64,000 nt of DNA, from positions 128,001 through 192,000 of the forward strand of contig OY970355.1 of the NCBI GenBank assembly GCA_963718525.1. Direction: 5' to 3'. The notes beneath the pieces are model-generated. The model was not told the origin of the DNA and made no database searches. It worked only from the letters and a program-made list of their open reading frames with translations. This DNA is from Candidatus Dormiibacterota bacterium (GTDB taxonomy: Bacteria; Chloroflexota; Dormibacteria; Aeolococcales; Aeolococcaceae). The position numbers were made by a program, and so were the translations under genes. Positions 31,812-41,083 of the stretch are shown in pieces (within the stretch, counting starts at the first letter, position 1; each line of letters opens with the position of its first letter).

Positions 31812-33614
31812 TTAGACCTTGCCGATCAGCGTGTTCCAGTCGCCACTGACGCTGTATTGGGAAGCGACCCAGATGTGGTTCTGGTCGTGTCCGAAGCCGT
31901 CGTAGGACGCAGCCTCAAAGTCGCCCCACCTCGAGTCAAAGGTCGCTGACGGACCCTTGATCAGGAACTTGGGGGTGCCGAGCGCTCCGAGCGGGGAGCC
32001 AGCGGACTGCTGCGCGACCATGATGCTCGGATTGAGTGTGCCGCTCATGGTGTCGAAGACCATGACCAGGCGGCCCTTCTTGTCCTGCATCATCGCGCCA
32101 AACGACGCGGCCTGGTCACCGGCGAAGGCCAGGTATCCGTGCTGGTATAGGTTCGGAAACGGAATGGAAGAGAAGTGGGTGACCTGGATCTGTCCCCAGA
32201 GGATGCCGGCGACGAACGAGGAGCCGCCTGCGCCGCCGTTGTTCACCACCGTGTCCAGTGAGAAGGAGATCAGAGGTTGACCTCCCCCGACGCTGTAGAC
32301 CGGCGTGCCCGTGATTCGAGTGTCGATCGTTTCGACGCACTGCACGCAGCCGGGCTCGTCAGCATTGGGTGGAGACGCGTACGTCGGGCTGCCGACGGGC
32401 GGATCTGCCAGGTTCCCGCCGAGCGTCTGGTTGCTCGGGTCGTACGCCCACACGACGAACCCATGGCACGCCGTGAAGAAGCAGTCATCCCCGAACGGGT
32501 CCCCGAAGATGTTGAACGCGTTGACCAGGTACTGGACACCCGGGTCGTTCGCCGGAGTCGTCTCGGTCTCCACTGGCTGGACCGTGTCGACGGGAACGCT
32601 GCCGACCGTGAGGTCTGTGAAGGCGACAGACGTGACCGGGTTGCCGGCCTCCATGGTCGCCTTGTCAGCAAACTGGACTTCAGCGAAGTCGTAGTTGCCG
32701 GTTGTGAAGTCGAACATGTTGCCGGTGAACGAGATGGTCTTCCCGCTGAAACCGAACTGCGTGTAGTCCGCGCCGGCGTTGACCGTCCCGCCCAGAGTCA
32801 TGTCGAAGTGGTACACGTGCTGAACGCCGGTCGCAGGGTTGACGACCGCGACCCAGTAGATGGAAGTGTTCGGGCAGGATGAGCCCACGCCGAACGCGGC
32901 TGCCTCAACTTGGAGCGTCGCCGTCCAGAAGAGGCCGGTGTTGGGGTCGTAAAAGGCGCGCGGGTCACTCATGAACGGCCCAAGCGGGTCGCAATTACCA
33001 GGAAGGGGCGGAACCCCGTACCAGGTCAGGTCGTTGATCGGTCCGATCCACGGCGTGCCGTTCGTCTTGAAGATCTCGTAGGAGGTGTTGACTCCCTGCA
33101 GGACGTACTTCGGCGATGCGGCAAGTGCCATATCCGGCGGCTGGCAGCCACCGAAGTACGGGCAGATGGACGCAGAGTCGGCCATACCCTGGAATTTGAC
33201 GCCGCTGATCGTGCCTGCGCCGGCGCTCGATGCGCCGGCAAGGAGCTGCGTAGCGACCGGGGCGCGGAGTCCGGTCCTTGCCCAACTCTTGCTCGCCAGC
33301 GATCCTCGAACGGCCAGCGTTCGGGGCGCGGCTCTGAGCGCCGCCCCGGCCTTGACAGTGGGCAGATTGAAGATGTTTCTCGTCAGGGCCGGAACGGCGT
33401 AGTTGCCAGCGTGATGAGCCGTGGCCACCGCAGCCGAACCGCGTGCCGCAGCGGCGCCGCCGGCGCTGCTGAACATCGCGACGAGTACGGCGAGCGCGGC
33501 GCCGAGTGCCGGGACGACGCGCGCGCCTCTCGGCCGCGACGCAGCGCCCTGTCGATGACGGGCACCGCCTGCGGAAAGCGCAGGCAGCGTCGACCTATGC
33601 TTGAAGACCCCCAT
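31812..33614 (-). CDS. large secreted protein
   Basis: Signal-like segment; PPDMALA, SDPRAFYD, DY.QFG and SRWGDF motifs. Confidence 0.8.
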   Translation of the reverse strand: MGVFKHRSTLPALSAGGARHRQGAASRPRGARVVPALGAALAVLVAMFSSAGGAAAARGSAAVATAHHAGNYAVPALTRNIFNLPTVKAGAALRAAPRTLAVRGSLASKSWARTGLRAPVATQLLAGASSAGAGTISGVKFQGMADSASICPYFGGCQPPDMALAASPKYVLQGVNTSYEIFKTNGTPWIGPINDLTWYGVPPLPGNCDPLGPFMSDPRAFYDPNTGLFWTATLQVEAAAFGVGSSCPNTSIYWVAVVNPATGVQHVYHFDMTLGGTVNAGADYTQFGFSGKTISFTGNMFDFTTGNYDFAEVQFADKATMEAGNPVTSVAFTDLTVGSVPVDTVQPVETETTPANDPGVQYLVNAFNIFGDPFGDDCFFTACHGFVVWAYDPSNQTLGGNLADPPVGSPTYASPPNADEPGCVQCVETIDTRITGTPVYSVGGGQPLISFSLDTVVNNGGAGGSSFVAGILWGQIQVTHFSSIPFPNLYQHGYLAFAGDQAASFGAMMQDKKGRLVMVFDTMSGTLNPSIMVAQQSAGSPLGALGTPKFLIKGPSATFDSRWGDFEAASYDGFGHDQNHIWVASQYSVSGDWNTLIGKV

Positions 33615-33779
33615 GGCCCACCTCCTTGGTCGGGCAAAAAGCGCCCGTTTGACCAGATCGATACGGGTGACCCGCACGATCGGTTCGGAGTCATAGTCGT
33701 TCGAGTGGGCCTCTGTCAAGCATTCGGACGAGGTCTGTCCCCCATGGATTGAGCGCGGCGCGTGTCATTCTCGTGGAGA

Positions 33780-34291
33780 TGAGTCGAGCGATGGCGCGAC
33801 CCGCCACTCGAGCGGTTGATGACGCGTTCTTCGAACGCTTCTTCGCCGACACCTGCCAGATGGCGGTTGGGGCGGTCGCGGTGACCACTGGGGACGTCGG
33901 CGCCGCTGAAGACGCCGTCCAGGAGGCGTACCTTCGAGCCCATCGCCGCTGGGCGAGAGTCTCGACACTGGATCGCCCCGACCTTTGGATCGTCAGGATC
34001 GCCACGCGGATTGCGGTCTCCAACTGGCGGCGCCACCGGCGCGAGACTCACCTCAGTAGCGAGTTGCAAGCCGAGGTCGCCGACAGCATCACCCGGATCT
34101 GGACCGAGTGGGGGCTCGAGGCGCTCAGCCCCAAGCAGCGCCGAATGGTGATCCTCCACCACATGCATGGACTTCCCGTCGCCGACGTGGCGAGAGCTGC
34201 GGGGTCCTCGACAGAGACGGTGCGGACTCACCTGAAGCGTGCTCGCGTGCGCCTTCGCACCCGATTCTCCGATGAGGATCGTTATGACTGA
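33780..34291 (+). CDS. ECF sigma factor
   Basis: AEDAVQEAYLRA..RW, LSPKQR, TVRTHLKRAR. Confidence 0.9.
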
Positions 34292-34979
34292 CTTGAAGCG
34301 CGATCTGGAAGAGGTCGGGAGGGCCGTCTGGCCGGCCCCCGAACAGGTTCGGCGTCGCATGATCGACCGCGGCTCCAGGCGTTGGCGTTCTCGCAGGACC
34401 TTCGGGGCAATCCTGGCCACCGCTGCGATTGCAGCAGTGATCGGGGCCGTTTCTGCCCCAGCGATCATTGCTGTGGAGCACGATCTGACGTCGTTATCCA
34501 CGTCGGCGCACCCTGCGCCTAGTGTCGGCTCCGCCGCGCAAGGATCGAGTGGCCGCTTCACCGGTAGACAGGGTGCGACAGGTCCATCGACACCCACGGC
34601 ATCGGCAGGTCACAATGCGCCGCCGCCGGCGGTCACTGTCTCGCCGAGTCCCACCGTCCACTCGCCCTCGAGCGGCGTGTCACTCGTCCTCACGCAGCAA
34701 AGCAGGGGAACCTACTTTGTGACTCTGGGCTCCACGATCACCGTCACCTTGACCGGCGGCACGAGGAGTGACCCCTGGATGATGCCCACGAGCCGGCCCG
34801 ACCAGATCGTCCATTTCTCGCGCGGTGACCGGTCGAGCGGTGGTGATGCCACAGCGACGTTCGTCGCCACCGCCTTCGGCCAGGCGACGATCCAGGCGTC
34901 CCTCTCCCGCGAGTGCCCACCCTTGTGCGGCGGAGGACCCACGTACATTTGGCACGTCCAGGTCAGCGTCGTCGCGTGA
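34284..34979 (+). CDS. putative anti-sigma factor: TM plus chagasin/I42-like domain
   Basis: Overlaps the sigma gene; TM, S/P linker, beta-rich C-terminus. Confidence 0.65.
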   Translation: MTDLKRDLEEVGRAVWPAPEQVRRRMIDRGSRRWRSRRTFGAILATAAIAAVIGAVSAPAIIAVEHDLTSLSTSAHPAPSVGSAAQGSSGRFTGRQGATGPSTPTASAGHNAPPPAVTVSPSPTVHSPSSGVSLVLTQQSRGTYFVTLGSTITVTLTGGTRSDPWMMPTSRPDQIVHFSRGDRSSGGDATATFVATAFGQATIQASLSRECPPLCGGGPTYIWHVQVSVVA

Positions 34980-35099
34980 CCCCGGCCGTCTCGTGCCCAG
35001 TGCGTCGAGGGGCTCCTGAGGAGGCGACAGGACGGCAGTCTCGAGGACGTGACTTATCACCGGACTCGAGTTGGCACCTAGACACGGAGGTTAGTTCGA

Positions 35100-35381
35100 A
35101 TGGCCGACACCGACTTTCTTACTGCTGGTCAGGCGGCTGCGCTCATTGGCATTTCGCGATCCACTGTCCGCCGGGCTGTTGCTCAGGGACACCTGCTCGC
35201 GTGGCATACGCCTGGAAAGCATCTCCGTGTCGTCCGCGAAACGTGCCTCGAGTTTGCGCGCGACTTGGGGCGCGTTGACCTCGTGGGCCGCCCGAACGGT
35301 AACCCGTCGCCGGAGTGGCTTCCCGAGCTGGCGGCCGCCCGCAACGAGGTGCTCGGCGGGCATATCCCAGCGAGCACATAG
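35100..35381 (+). CDS. excisionase-type (HTH_17) DNA-binding protein fused to a RidA fragment
   Basis: LTAGQAAALIGISRSTVRR..TPGKHLR, then PEWLPELAAARNEVLGGH. Confidence 0.75.
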   Translation: MADTDFLTAGQAAALIGISRSTVRRAVAQGHLLAWHTPGKHLRVVRETCLEFARDLGRVDLVGRPNGNPSPEWLPELAAARNEVLGGHIPAST

Positions 35382-35582
35382 GTCGGTGTAGGCGCTCTCG
35401 CCCAGGACCACTTTCTCGTTGAGGTCGAAGCGGTAGCTGTCATCGACTAGACGAAGAGACCCTGTACTGAAGCGACGTTCGGCCGATGAGGCGCATATTG
35501 GGCACCCGCTGTTCGGCTTGCCCCGTGCACCGATGCACCTCCCACTGGTACCGCTCGAACGACATTGGCGGATGCTCGCGTG
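35309..35582 (+). repeat. near-identical copy of 27185-27458 (ridA 3' half, spacer and boundary site)
   Basis: 274-bp colinear match ending at the motif TG; TTG changed to TAG at 35379. Confidence 0.95.
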
Positions 35583-35625
35583 GACAACTCAGCCGTCATT
35601 CGGCTGCGAGCGGATTCTGTGGGCG

Positions 35626-36786
35626 TCAGCTGCTGAATATGTAAACGGCGCCGAAACCAGAGTTGGCGTTTGGAGCACCTACGAAGATGGCGCCCGTGGA
35701 CAACGCTACCGACAAGCCAAACTCATCTCCCGCCGCGAAGCCGTGAAGAGCGAGCCTCGGGGCGCTGTCCCATCCGGACCGAGACTTGGCAAACTCATAG
35801 GCCGCACCAGCGGTGAATCCGTTGATGGCGCCGACCCCAACGCGGCTTCCCAATACAGTGACCGAGGCCCCGAACTCGGACGCAGCCGTTCCGTAGACGG
35901 CAAGTGTCGGAGTAGTCGTCCATCCTGCAGCGCCCCTCGTATACACATACGCAGCACCGTCGTTATCGTTGTGAAATATCGCACCCACGACGAGGGTTGT
36001 GGCATCCATAGCTAACGAAGCGCCAAATTGAGAATATGTCGAGTGATCGGCGAGGGTTGCGGTCGGAGTCGTATCCCATCCCGCACTCGACTTGGTGAAG
36101 ATGTAAGCGGCTCCCTGACATGATTTAGCGCACGGAGCACCAACCGCGGCGAAGTTTCCGCTAAGAGCGACGGACATCCCGAAACCCGCAAACCCGGACC
36201 CGATACGGGGGAAGACTGCAGTCGGCGCCGTCTTCCAACCGGTGGAGGTGTTTATGAAGACATACGCTCCGTGACCAATCGTGCCGGCCAGGACGGTGCT
36301 CCCCGAAATCGCGACCGACCACCCGAAGCTCGCGAAGGTCTCAGGTCCTGTAAACACAACGGTCGGGGTCGTTTCCCATCCGCTCGCTGTCTGGGTGTAG
36401 AGATATACGGCCCCGGTACTGGAATTACGACCGGGTGCGCCGATCGCCACCGTCGCTCCCGAAATTGCGACAGATGCCCCGAACTCGTCACCCGCCGTAA
36501 CCCCGTGAAGCACTGCGGTTGGGGTCGTGTTCCATCCAAGCGAGGTCTTCGTGTAGAGATACGCCGCGCCGGCATTCGACCCTGCACCCGCGGCGCCGAT
36601 CACCGCGCTTGTACTTGACACCGCAACTGCGTTCCCAAAGTCGTCGCCAGTGGAGGCCCCGCTCAGCGTTGCGAGCAGGTGCCCAGGAACTGCGGTTGCA
36701 CCGGTCGCCGCGCTGGCAGACTGCGAGCCGCCGATGACGCCCATGGTCATCGACGCGGCAACACCGGCTGCGAGTAGAAACCGCAT
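35626..36786 (-). CDS. secreted FG-GAP repeat beta-propeller protein
   Basis: Signal peptide; repeated FG.SVA.SG..GAP..GAAY units. Confidence 0.9.
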   Translation of the reverse strand: MRFLLAAGVAASMTMGVIGGSQSASAATGATAVPGHLLATLSGASTGDDFGNAVAVSSTSAVIGAAGAGSNAGAAYLYTKTSLGWNTTPTAVLHGVTAGDEFGASVAISGATVAIGAPGRNSSTGAVYLYTQTASGWETTPTVVFTGPETFASFGWSVAISGSTVLAGTIGHGAYVFINTSTGWKTAPTAVFPRIGSGFAGFGMSVALSGNFAAVGAPCAKSCQGAAYIFTKSSAGWDTTPTATLADHSTYSQFGASLAMDATTLVVGAIFHNDNDGAAYVYTRGAAGWTTTPTLAVYGTAASEFGASVTVLGSRVGVGAINGFTAGAAYEFAKSRSGWDSAPRLALHGFAAGDEFGLSVALSTGAIFVGAPNANSGFGAVYIFSS

Positions 36787-37683
36787 GCCCATCCCCCTCA
36801 CTGCTTGAAAGAGGGTTCAGCCTATCAGGTTGCTGGATCGTTTCCTCCCATTGGCATGTCCTCCCCAAGAAGCTCGTGTTGGTAAAGCCGGGTGTCTTAG
36901 TGTCTGGGGTGCTGCTTCGAGCTATGAGTACATTCGCGGATGCTGGCGTGCGTCAGTGTCATTCGGTTCCGCGAACCGGCCCAGCCCCGCGCGGCCTATC
37001 GGAGGCCCGGGCGGCGCCGGTCCAACCGCAGATCGACGTTCTCGATCGGCTCGAGTGGCACATCCGCCGCCGCCGAGGCGAGCAGCGACGGGGGTGCAGG
37101 CGCTAGCGGGGACGGTCGTCCGGAGCCCTCGGCCCGGGAATCCGGGCCTATGTCCCAGGACCTGCCGAAGGATGGAAACTGGCGCGATCTAGCGCGAGCC
37201 ATCCGTAGGATCCGGTGAGCGCCGCGCGATATGCTGTGAACAGCTCCTCGCCGAAGGCGGCGCACAACCGTGTCAGGGTGCGAGAGGAGCGCATAACCCG
37301 TATATGGCATTCGCCAATTCTGACTCTTCTTAGAGTTTGCCGCTGTGTTGCGCTGCAGCCATCGAGGATCACTTCGGGATGCTGGCCTGGGCAGCGCTCC
37401 TCTCCGCAGTCGGTTGCGTTTCTTGCGGAATCAGCCGAAACCAGAGATACGATCCTGCGAGACCCGGACGCTCCCTTCGTCGGCGAGCTGACGTGTAAGA
37501 GTCGACACGTACCGGGGTGCCCGTCAAGGGATATTTGCGGACCCTGGCCTGGCCGATTTTCGCTTCCTCGGCCGGTCGCCGATGCGGCCAGTTGGTCACT
37601 CGATTGAGCGGGCCGAACGTGCCACGGCACGGCCTCGACCAAAGCCGCTCAAGCGGCATGGGGCAGCTGGCTGGTAAGGCCTC

Positions 37684-37944
37684 TCAGCCTGCCTTGTGTG
37701 ATCTCGCCGACGGCAGCCGCGTGATCGCGAAGGACAGTAGGAGCAAGAAGGCTGCGGCACCTGCACCAAACAAGGCGCATTGCCAGATCGCAAAGGTGGC
37801 CCTCTCCGAGAGTTTGTCGAGGCAGATCTCTCCCCCAAGGGAGCATTGGGTCGGGTAGGTCACGAGCTGCGCGGTCCACAGACCAATCGCGACCCCGACC
37901 GGCGCCGACGCCACCCGAAGGACAAGCGCGAGCAGGCGCCTCAT
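37684..37944 (-). CDS. small 2-TM protein with Cys-loop (family A)
   Basis: LRVASAPVGVAIGLWTA..C......C..TFAIWQCALFGAGAAA. Confidence 0.75.
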   Translation of the reverse strand: MRRLLALVLRVASAPVGVAIGLWTAQLVTYPTQCSLGGEICLDKLSERATFAIWQCALFGAGAAAFLLLLSFAITRLPSARSHKAG

Positions 37945-38186
37945 GCAGTAATGCTATCGCCGCGGCTCGTCTGCTGAGACCCCGGGGGGGAGTAACCCTG
38001 TGTTTGGGGTTTGCGTCCTCACGGTTTAGTGAGGCTGCGCAGCGCTCAGGGTACATTCACGGATGCTCGCCTGCGCGAAGGGCGCTTCGCTTCGACTAGG
38101 CTGACAGCCGAGCTAGAAGACTGGAACGAGGCGCAGTCCATGTCGACACCGTCGCTGCGTCACGTTGAAGCGCCACGTCCGCCGTA

Positions 38187-38738
38187 TTACTCCGCAGAGT
38201 TCTCGACAGGGTCGGGTCCGAACGTTTCCTCCATCCATGATCCGGTGCTCACCGATCCAACGCTTATAGACCTTGGGAGAGCTGGGCGGAAGCCAGTCAC
38301 CAGGCAGATAAATACCACGGTCCAGATCACCGAGAGCAAGCGCTCGATCATCAACACCCCGCCAGGTTCGGCAATGACGTTGACGACCGTCGCCGCTGCT
38401 TCCACCCCAAGCGCACTTGCGGTTAGCGCCACGCTCCACTGCATGCGGGCCGAAAGAGCAAGACCCCCCATGGCTGCAAACGCAGCAGCGCAGCTCACGA
38501 TGAACGCAGACGCCGCTTCAACTCGCACGGCGACGGGATAGGCAAACGGCTCGCTCGGAAAGCTGACAAACCCGCTGGGAGGTATGTTCAAGACCTCGCC
38601 GAGAGACACGTTTGCCAGCAGCAGTCCAGAAGTGGCGCTGAGCAGCGAGAATCCAAACACCACGAGGCCGAGCGTCACAGGATCTGGAGTCCACCCGTGA
38701 GTTGGGAATCGCCTCCACACAGCAGGGACTCTAGCGAC
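38187..38738 (-). CDS. membrane protein
   Basis: 4 TM segments; start uncertain. Confidence 0.55.
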   Translation of the reverse strand, partial: VARVPAVWRRFPTHGWTPDPVTLGLVVFGFSLLSATSGLLLANVSLGEVLNIPPSGFVSFPSEPFAYPVAVRVEAASAFIVSCAAAFAAMGGLALSARMQWSVALTASALGVEAAATVVNVIAEPGGVLMIERLLSVIWTVVFICLVTGFRPALPRSISVGSVSTGSWMEETFGPDPVENSAE

Positions 38739-38958
38739 CAGCGATTCTTCCGTGGGGGATGTCTGGTCGTTACGGAAGCGACTAAACCTGACCTGGGGCG
38801 TCGTTGCCTCGATGACTTCGGCCGTCGCTACGAGACATTTACGGATGCTGGCCCGAGCGAGCAGGTTGCCTCCAGGCCGACAGCGGCGGTTCCGCGAGAC
38901 AGCAGCGTGCACGCGCCACACGCGAGAGGGTGAGTCGTTCTCGCGGCGAGGGCCTGCG

Positions 38959-39489
38959 TCAGTGCCAGAGGAGACGGAGGGTCGCATTCATGCCCACTCG
39001 CGTGCCGCGAAAGCTCACCACCACCATTGCGAGCGCAGCGATTGCCGCTGCAAGTCCGCCACCAACAAAGGGATAGAAGCCGAAGGTGATCGGCGGTGGC
39101 GCTCCGACGCCAGTGAAGCTCCCTGGCCAGGTTACAGCCACGTACGTGGATATCAGGGAAGCTGCCAATGTAACCACGGCGGTGATCCGCCGGCAAATCC
39201 TGGCGAGATGAGTCGCGGAGGCTATCCCCACTACGACGAGAAGCACGAGGACAAGCTGCCCACGGCCACCGGCACTCGCAACGAGACTTTCCGTGAGGGG
39301 CGGCGCAGGGGGGCCGCACACCAGGCAGTCTCCCCAGGTGATCGCAACAAAAGGCAGGAATGCCGCCCAACTCATCACCGCGACCGCGCCCAGACAGACC
39401 GTCGCTGGGACGATGGCGGCCCACGTCGCTCGAGCACGCACCCGTGCATCATCGCGTCCCGTCTTCGGAGGACCAATCGGCGTAGCCAA
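38959..39489 (-). CDS. membrane protein
   Basis: 4 TM segments with a CLVC loop. Confidence 0.6.
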   Translation of the reverse strand: MATPIGPPKTGRDDARVRARATWAAIVPATVCLGAVAVMSWAAFLPFVAITWGDCLVCGPPAPPLTESLVASAGGRGQLVLVLLVVVGIASATHLARICRRITAVVTLAASLISTYVAVTWPGSFTGVGAPPPITFGFYPFVGGGLAAAIAALAMVVVSFRGTRVGMNATLRLLWH

Positions 39490-39692
39490 GATGTCACGAC
39501 ATTAGGGATGTCGACCGTTTTCGCCTACGACGCGGCGGCCGGCCGCGCACACTTCCGCGCGGGGGCACGCCCATGGGTGACGCGGCAGGGGTCGAGCTTC
39601 CCGGACCGTCAAGAGGCATTGGTGGACCCTGGCCGGGACAAACATCCTGGCGTCGGCAGAGGTAGGGTTCGCCAACTGTAGACTTGGCGTGA

Positions 39693-40298
39693 GTGCATGA
39701 CGACCCTTACGCCACAGGCGTATGCGCCTACTGGCACCTATCCACTCCACCACCAGAGCTGACCGGGGCCCTCTCCGATGGCTGGCTCACGCCACCTGGT
39801 CGGGCGCTCGATATCGGGTGTGGGCTCGGCGTCGAGGCTGCAACATTAAGTGAGGCTGGCTTCCGTGCTGTTGGGATGGATCTGTCATCCGTAGCGCTCA
39901 CACGCGCATCTGCCGCACATCCTGAGGTGTTGTTCGTGGAGGCGGATGTGCGATCGCTTCCCTTCGCGGACAGTCACTTCGCCGTGCTAATTGACCGTGG
40001 CTGCTTTCACTATCTGGAGACGGCAGATCGATCCAGGTACGCGAGCGAAGCCTTTCGGGTTATACGTCCCGGTGGACGCTTCCTGTTGAGGGCATGCCTT
40101 CGAGCGGCAGGTGTCCGCAATGACATCGGAATGGAGACGCTGTTGAGCGTCTTCGCCGCCTGGGACGTCATCGCGGCACGTGAAGCGGACGTACCGAGCG
40201 ATACCCGAACGATGAGGGCGCTGGTGATCCGTCTGCAGCGCCCAGCATCCATAAACACGGCGCATCAGGCCGGGCAGGGAGTCCTCCAGAGACCTTGA
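39693..40298 (+). CDS. class I SAM-dependent methyltransferase
   Basis: ALDIGCGLG, DRGCFH, IRPGG. Confidence 0.9.
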   Translation: MHDDPYATGVCAYWHLSTPPPELTGALSDGWLTPPGRALDIGCGLGVEAATLSEAGFRAVGMDLSSVALTRASAAHPEVLFVEADVRSLPFADSHFAVLIDRGCFHYLETADRSRYASEAFRVIRPGGRFLLRACLRAAGVRNDIGMETLLSVFAAWDVIAAREADVPSDTRTMRALVIRLQRPASINTAHQAGQGVLQRP

Positions 40299-40431
40299 CG
40301 GAGGCTCGCGTGCGCGCCCTGCACCCCCCCGGGGAGCGCGAGCAGCGCAAGGGTGTAATCCTCTCTCGCCAATCAAACTGAACGTCTCCGGCATGTGGCG
40401 TTGTGCCTGATGGCTGGTGAGAGCGCAGGGC

Positions 40432-40956
40432 TCACGCCCGGCGCAGCGTGATCCAGAGATCGGGCTTGACGAGTGCCGCCAGGAGTACTGGCCAGAACCT
40501 CGGACCGTAGCAAGTGAAGCCGGCGACCTCGTCCTGGGCGAGGTCGAACGAACGCTCCGTGCTGCGGTGCCTGCCGGACCCGAGACGCAACGTGTGGTGC
40601 CCGGGAGCTACGGCTACCTCGACTGTCTCCCTGTTGGCGATCGACCCCACCACGATGTCGTCGATCGCGATGTTCCACTGCTCACGCTGCGCACCGATAC
40701 CGATCCCACTCCACGCCCGAACCAACCTCACTGTTGCGTCGCTTGCAGCTTCCTCGTGTGCGCGGTGTGTGTTGCGCTGGTGTTGGCTGACATCGCCTGC
40801 AACAGCCCGGACCTCACCGCCGCCGCCCCGACCTCCCAAGCGCAACGCGAAATAGCCGATGAGCGCCAGCACCACCACGATGCCGATGATGATCTGGACG
40901 ACGTGGGTGCCAGAACCACCAAGGATGCCCGCCACCGACTCGCCGCCGCCAATCAC
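40432..40956 (-). CDS. membrane-anchored hypothetical protein
   Basis: TM plus VAPGHHTLR beta domain. Confidence 0.6.
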   Translation of the reverse strand: MIGGGESVAGILGGSGTHVVQIIIGIVVVLALIGYFALRLGGRGGGGEVRAVAGDVSQHQRNTHRAHEEAASDATVRLVRAWSGIGIGAQREQWNIAIDDIVVGSIANRETVEVAVAPGHHTLRLGSGRHRSTERSFDLAQDEVAGFTCYGPRFWPVLLAALVKPDLWITLRRA

Positions 40957-41083
40957 GAGGGTGTCCCGCCGATCCGTCTCATCGGCTCACTATGCCACCG
41001 CCAGCAACCTCAGCCTCACCAGCTGCGCAAGGGTTCTCCCGGGTCGCGGAGAACACCGCGACCGGCAGCGTCGAGTGAGATGT

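Larger units (their letters stand above)
6262..39517 (+). repeat. array of co-oriented ~29-bp hairpin-associated cassette-boundary sites
   Basis: Clear copies at about 7155, 7959, 8661, 9098, 10603, 11192, 12052, 14280, 16440, 22186, 23603, 24191, 24620, 25227, 26015, 26409, 26780, 27430, 28203, 28870, 29414, 35554, 36922, 37523, 38045, 38828. Degenerate copies at about 6318, 17996, 21369, 22952, 37361, 39493 and possibly 30981. All on the + strand. Confidence 0.93.

Noticed and set aside
7155-38855. Recurring peptides GTFADAR / ASIRKC in the ORF track
   Set aside because: They are translations of the DNA motif in spurious ORFs, not a protein domain.
6262-39517. CRISPR array interpretation of the repeats
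   Set aside because: Spacers are 0.1-6 kb and contain genes, the repeats are degenerate, and there are no cas genes.
6262-39517. Repeats as terminators or transcription-factor sites
   Set aside because: Orientation is fixed regardless of neighbouring gene direction, and there are no U-tracts.
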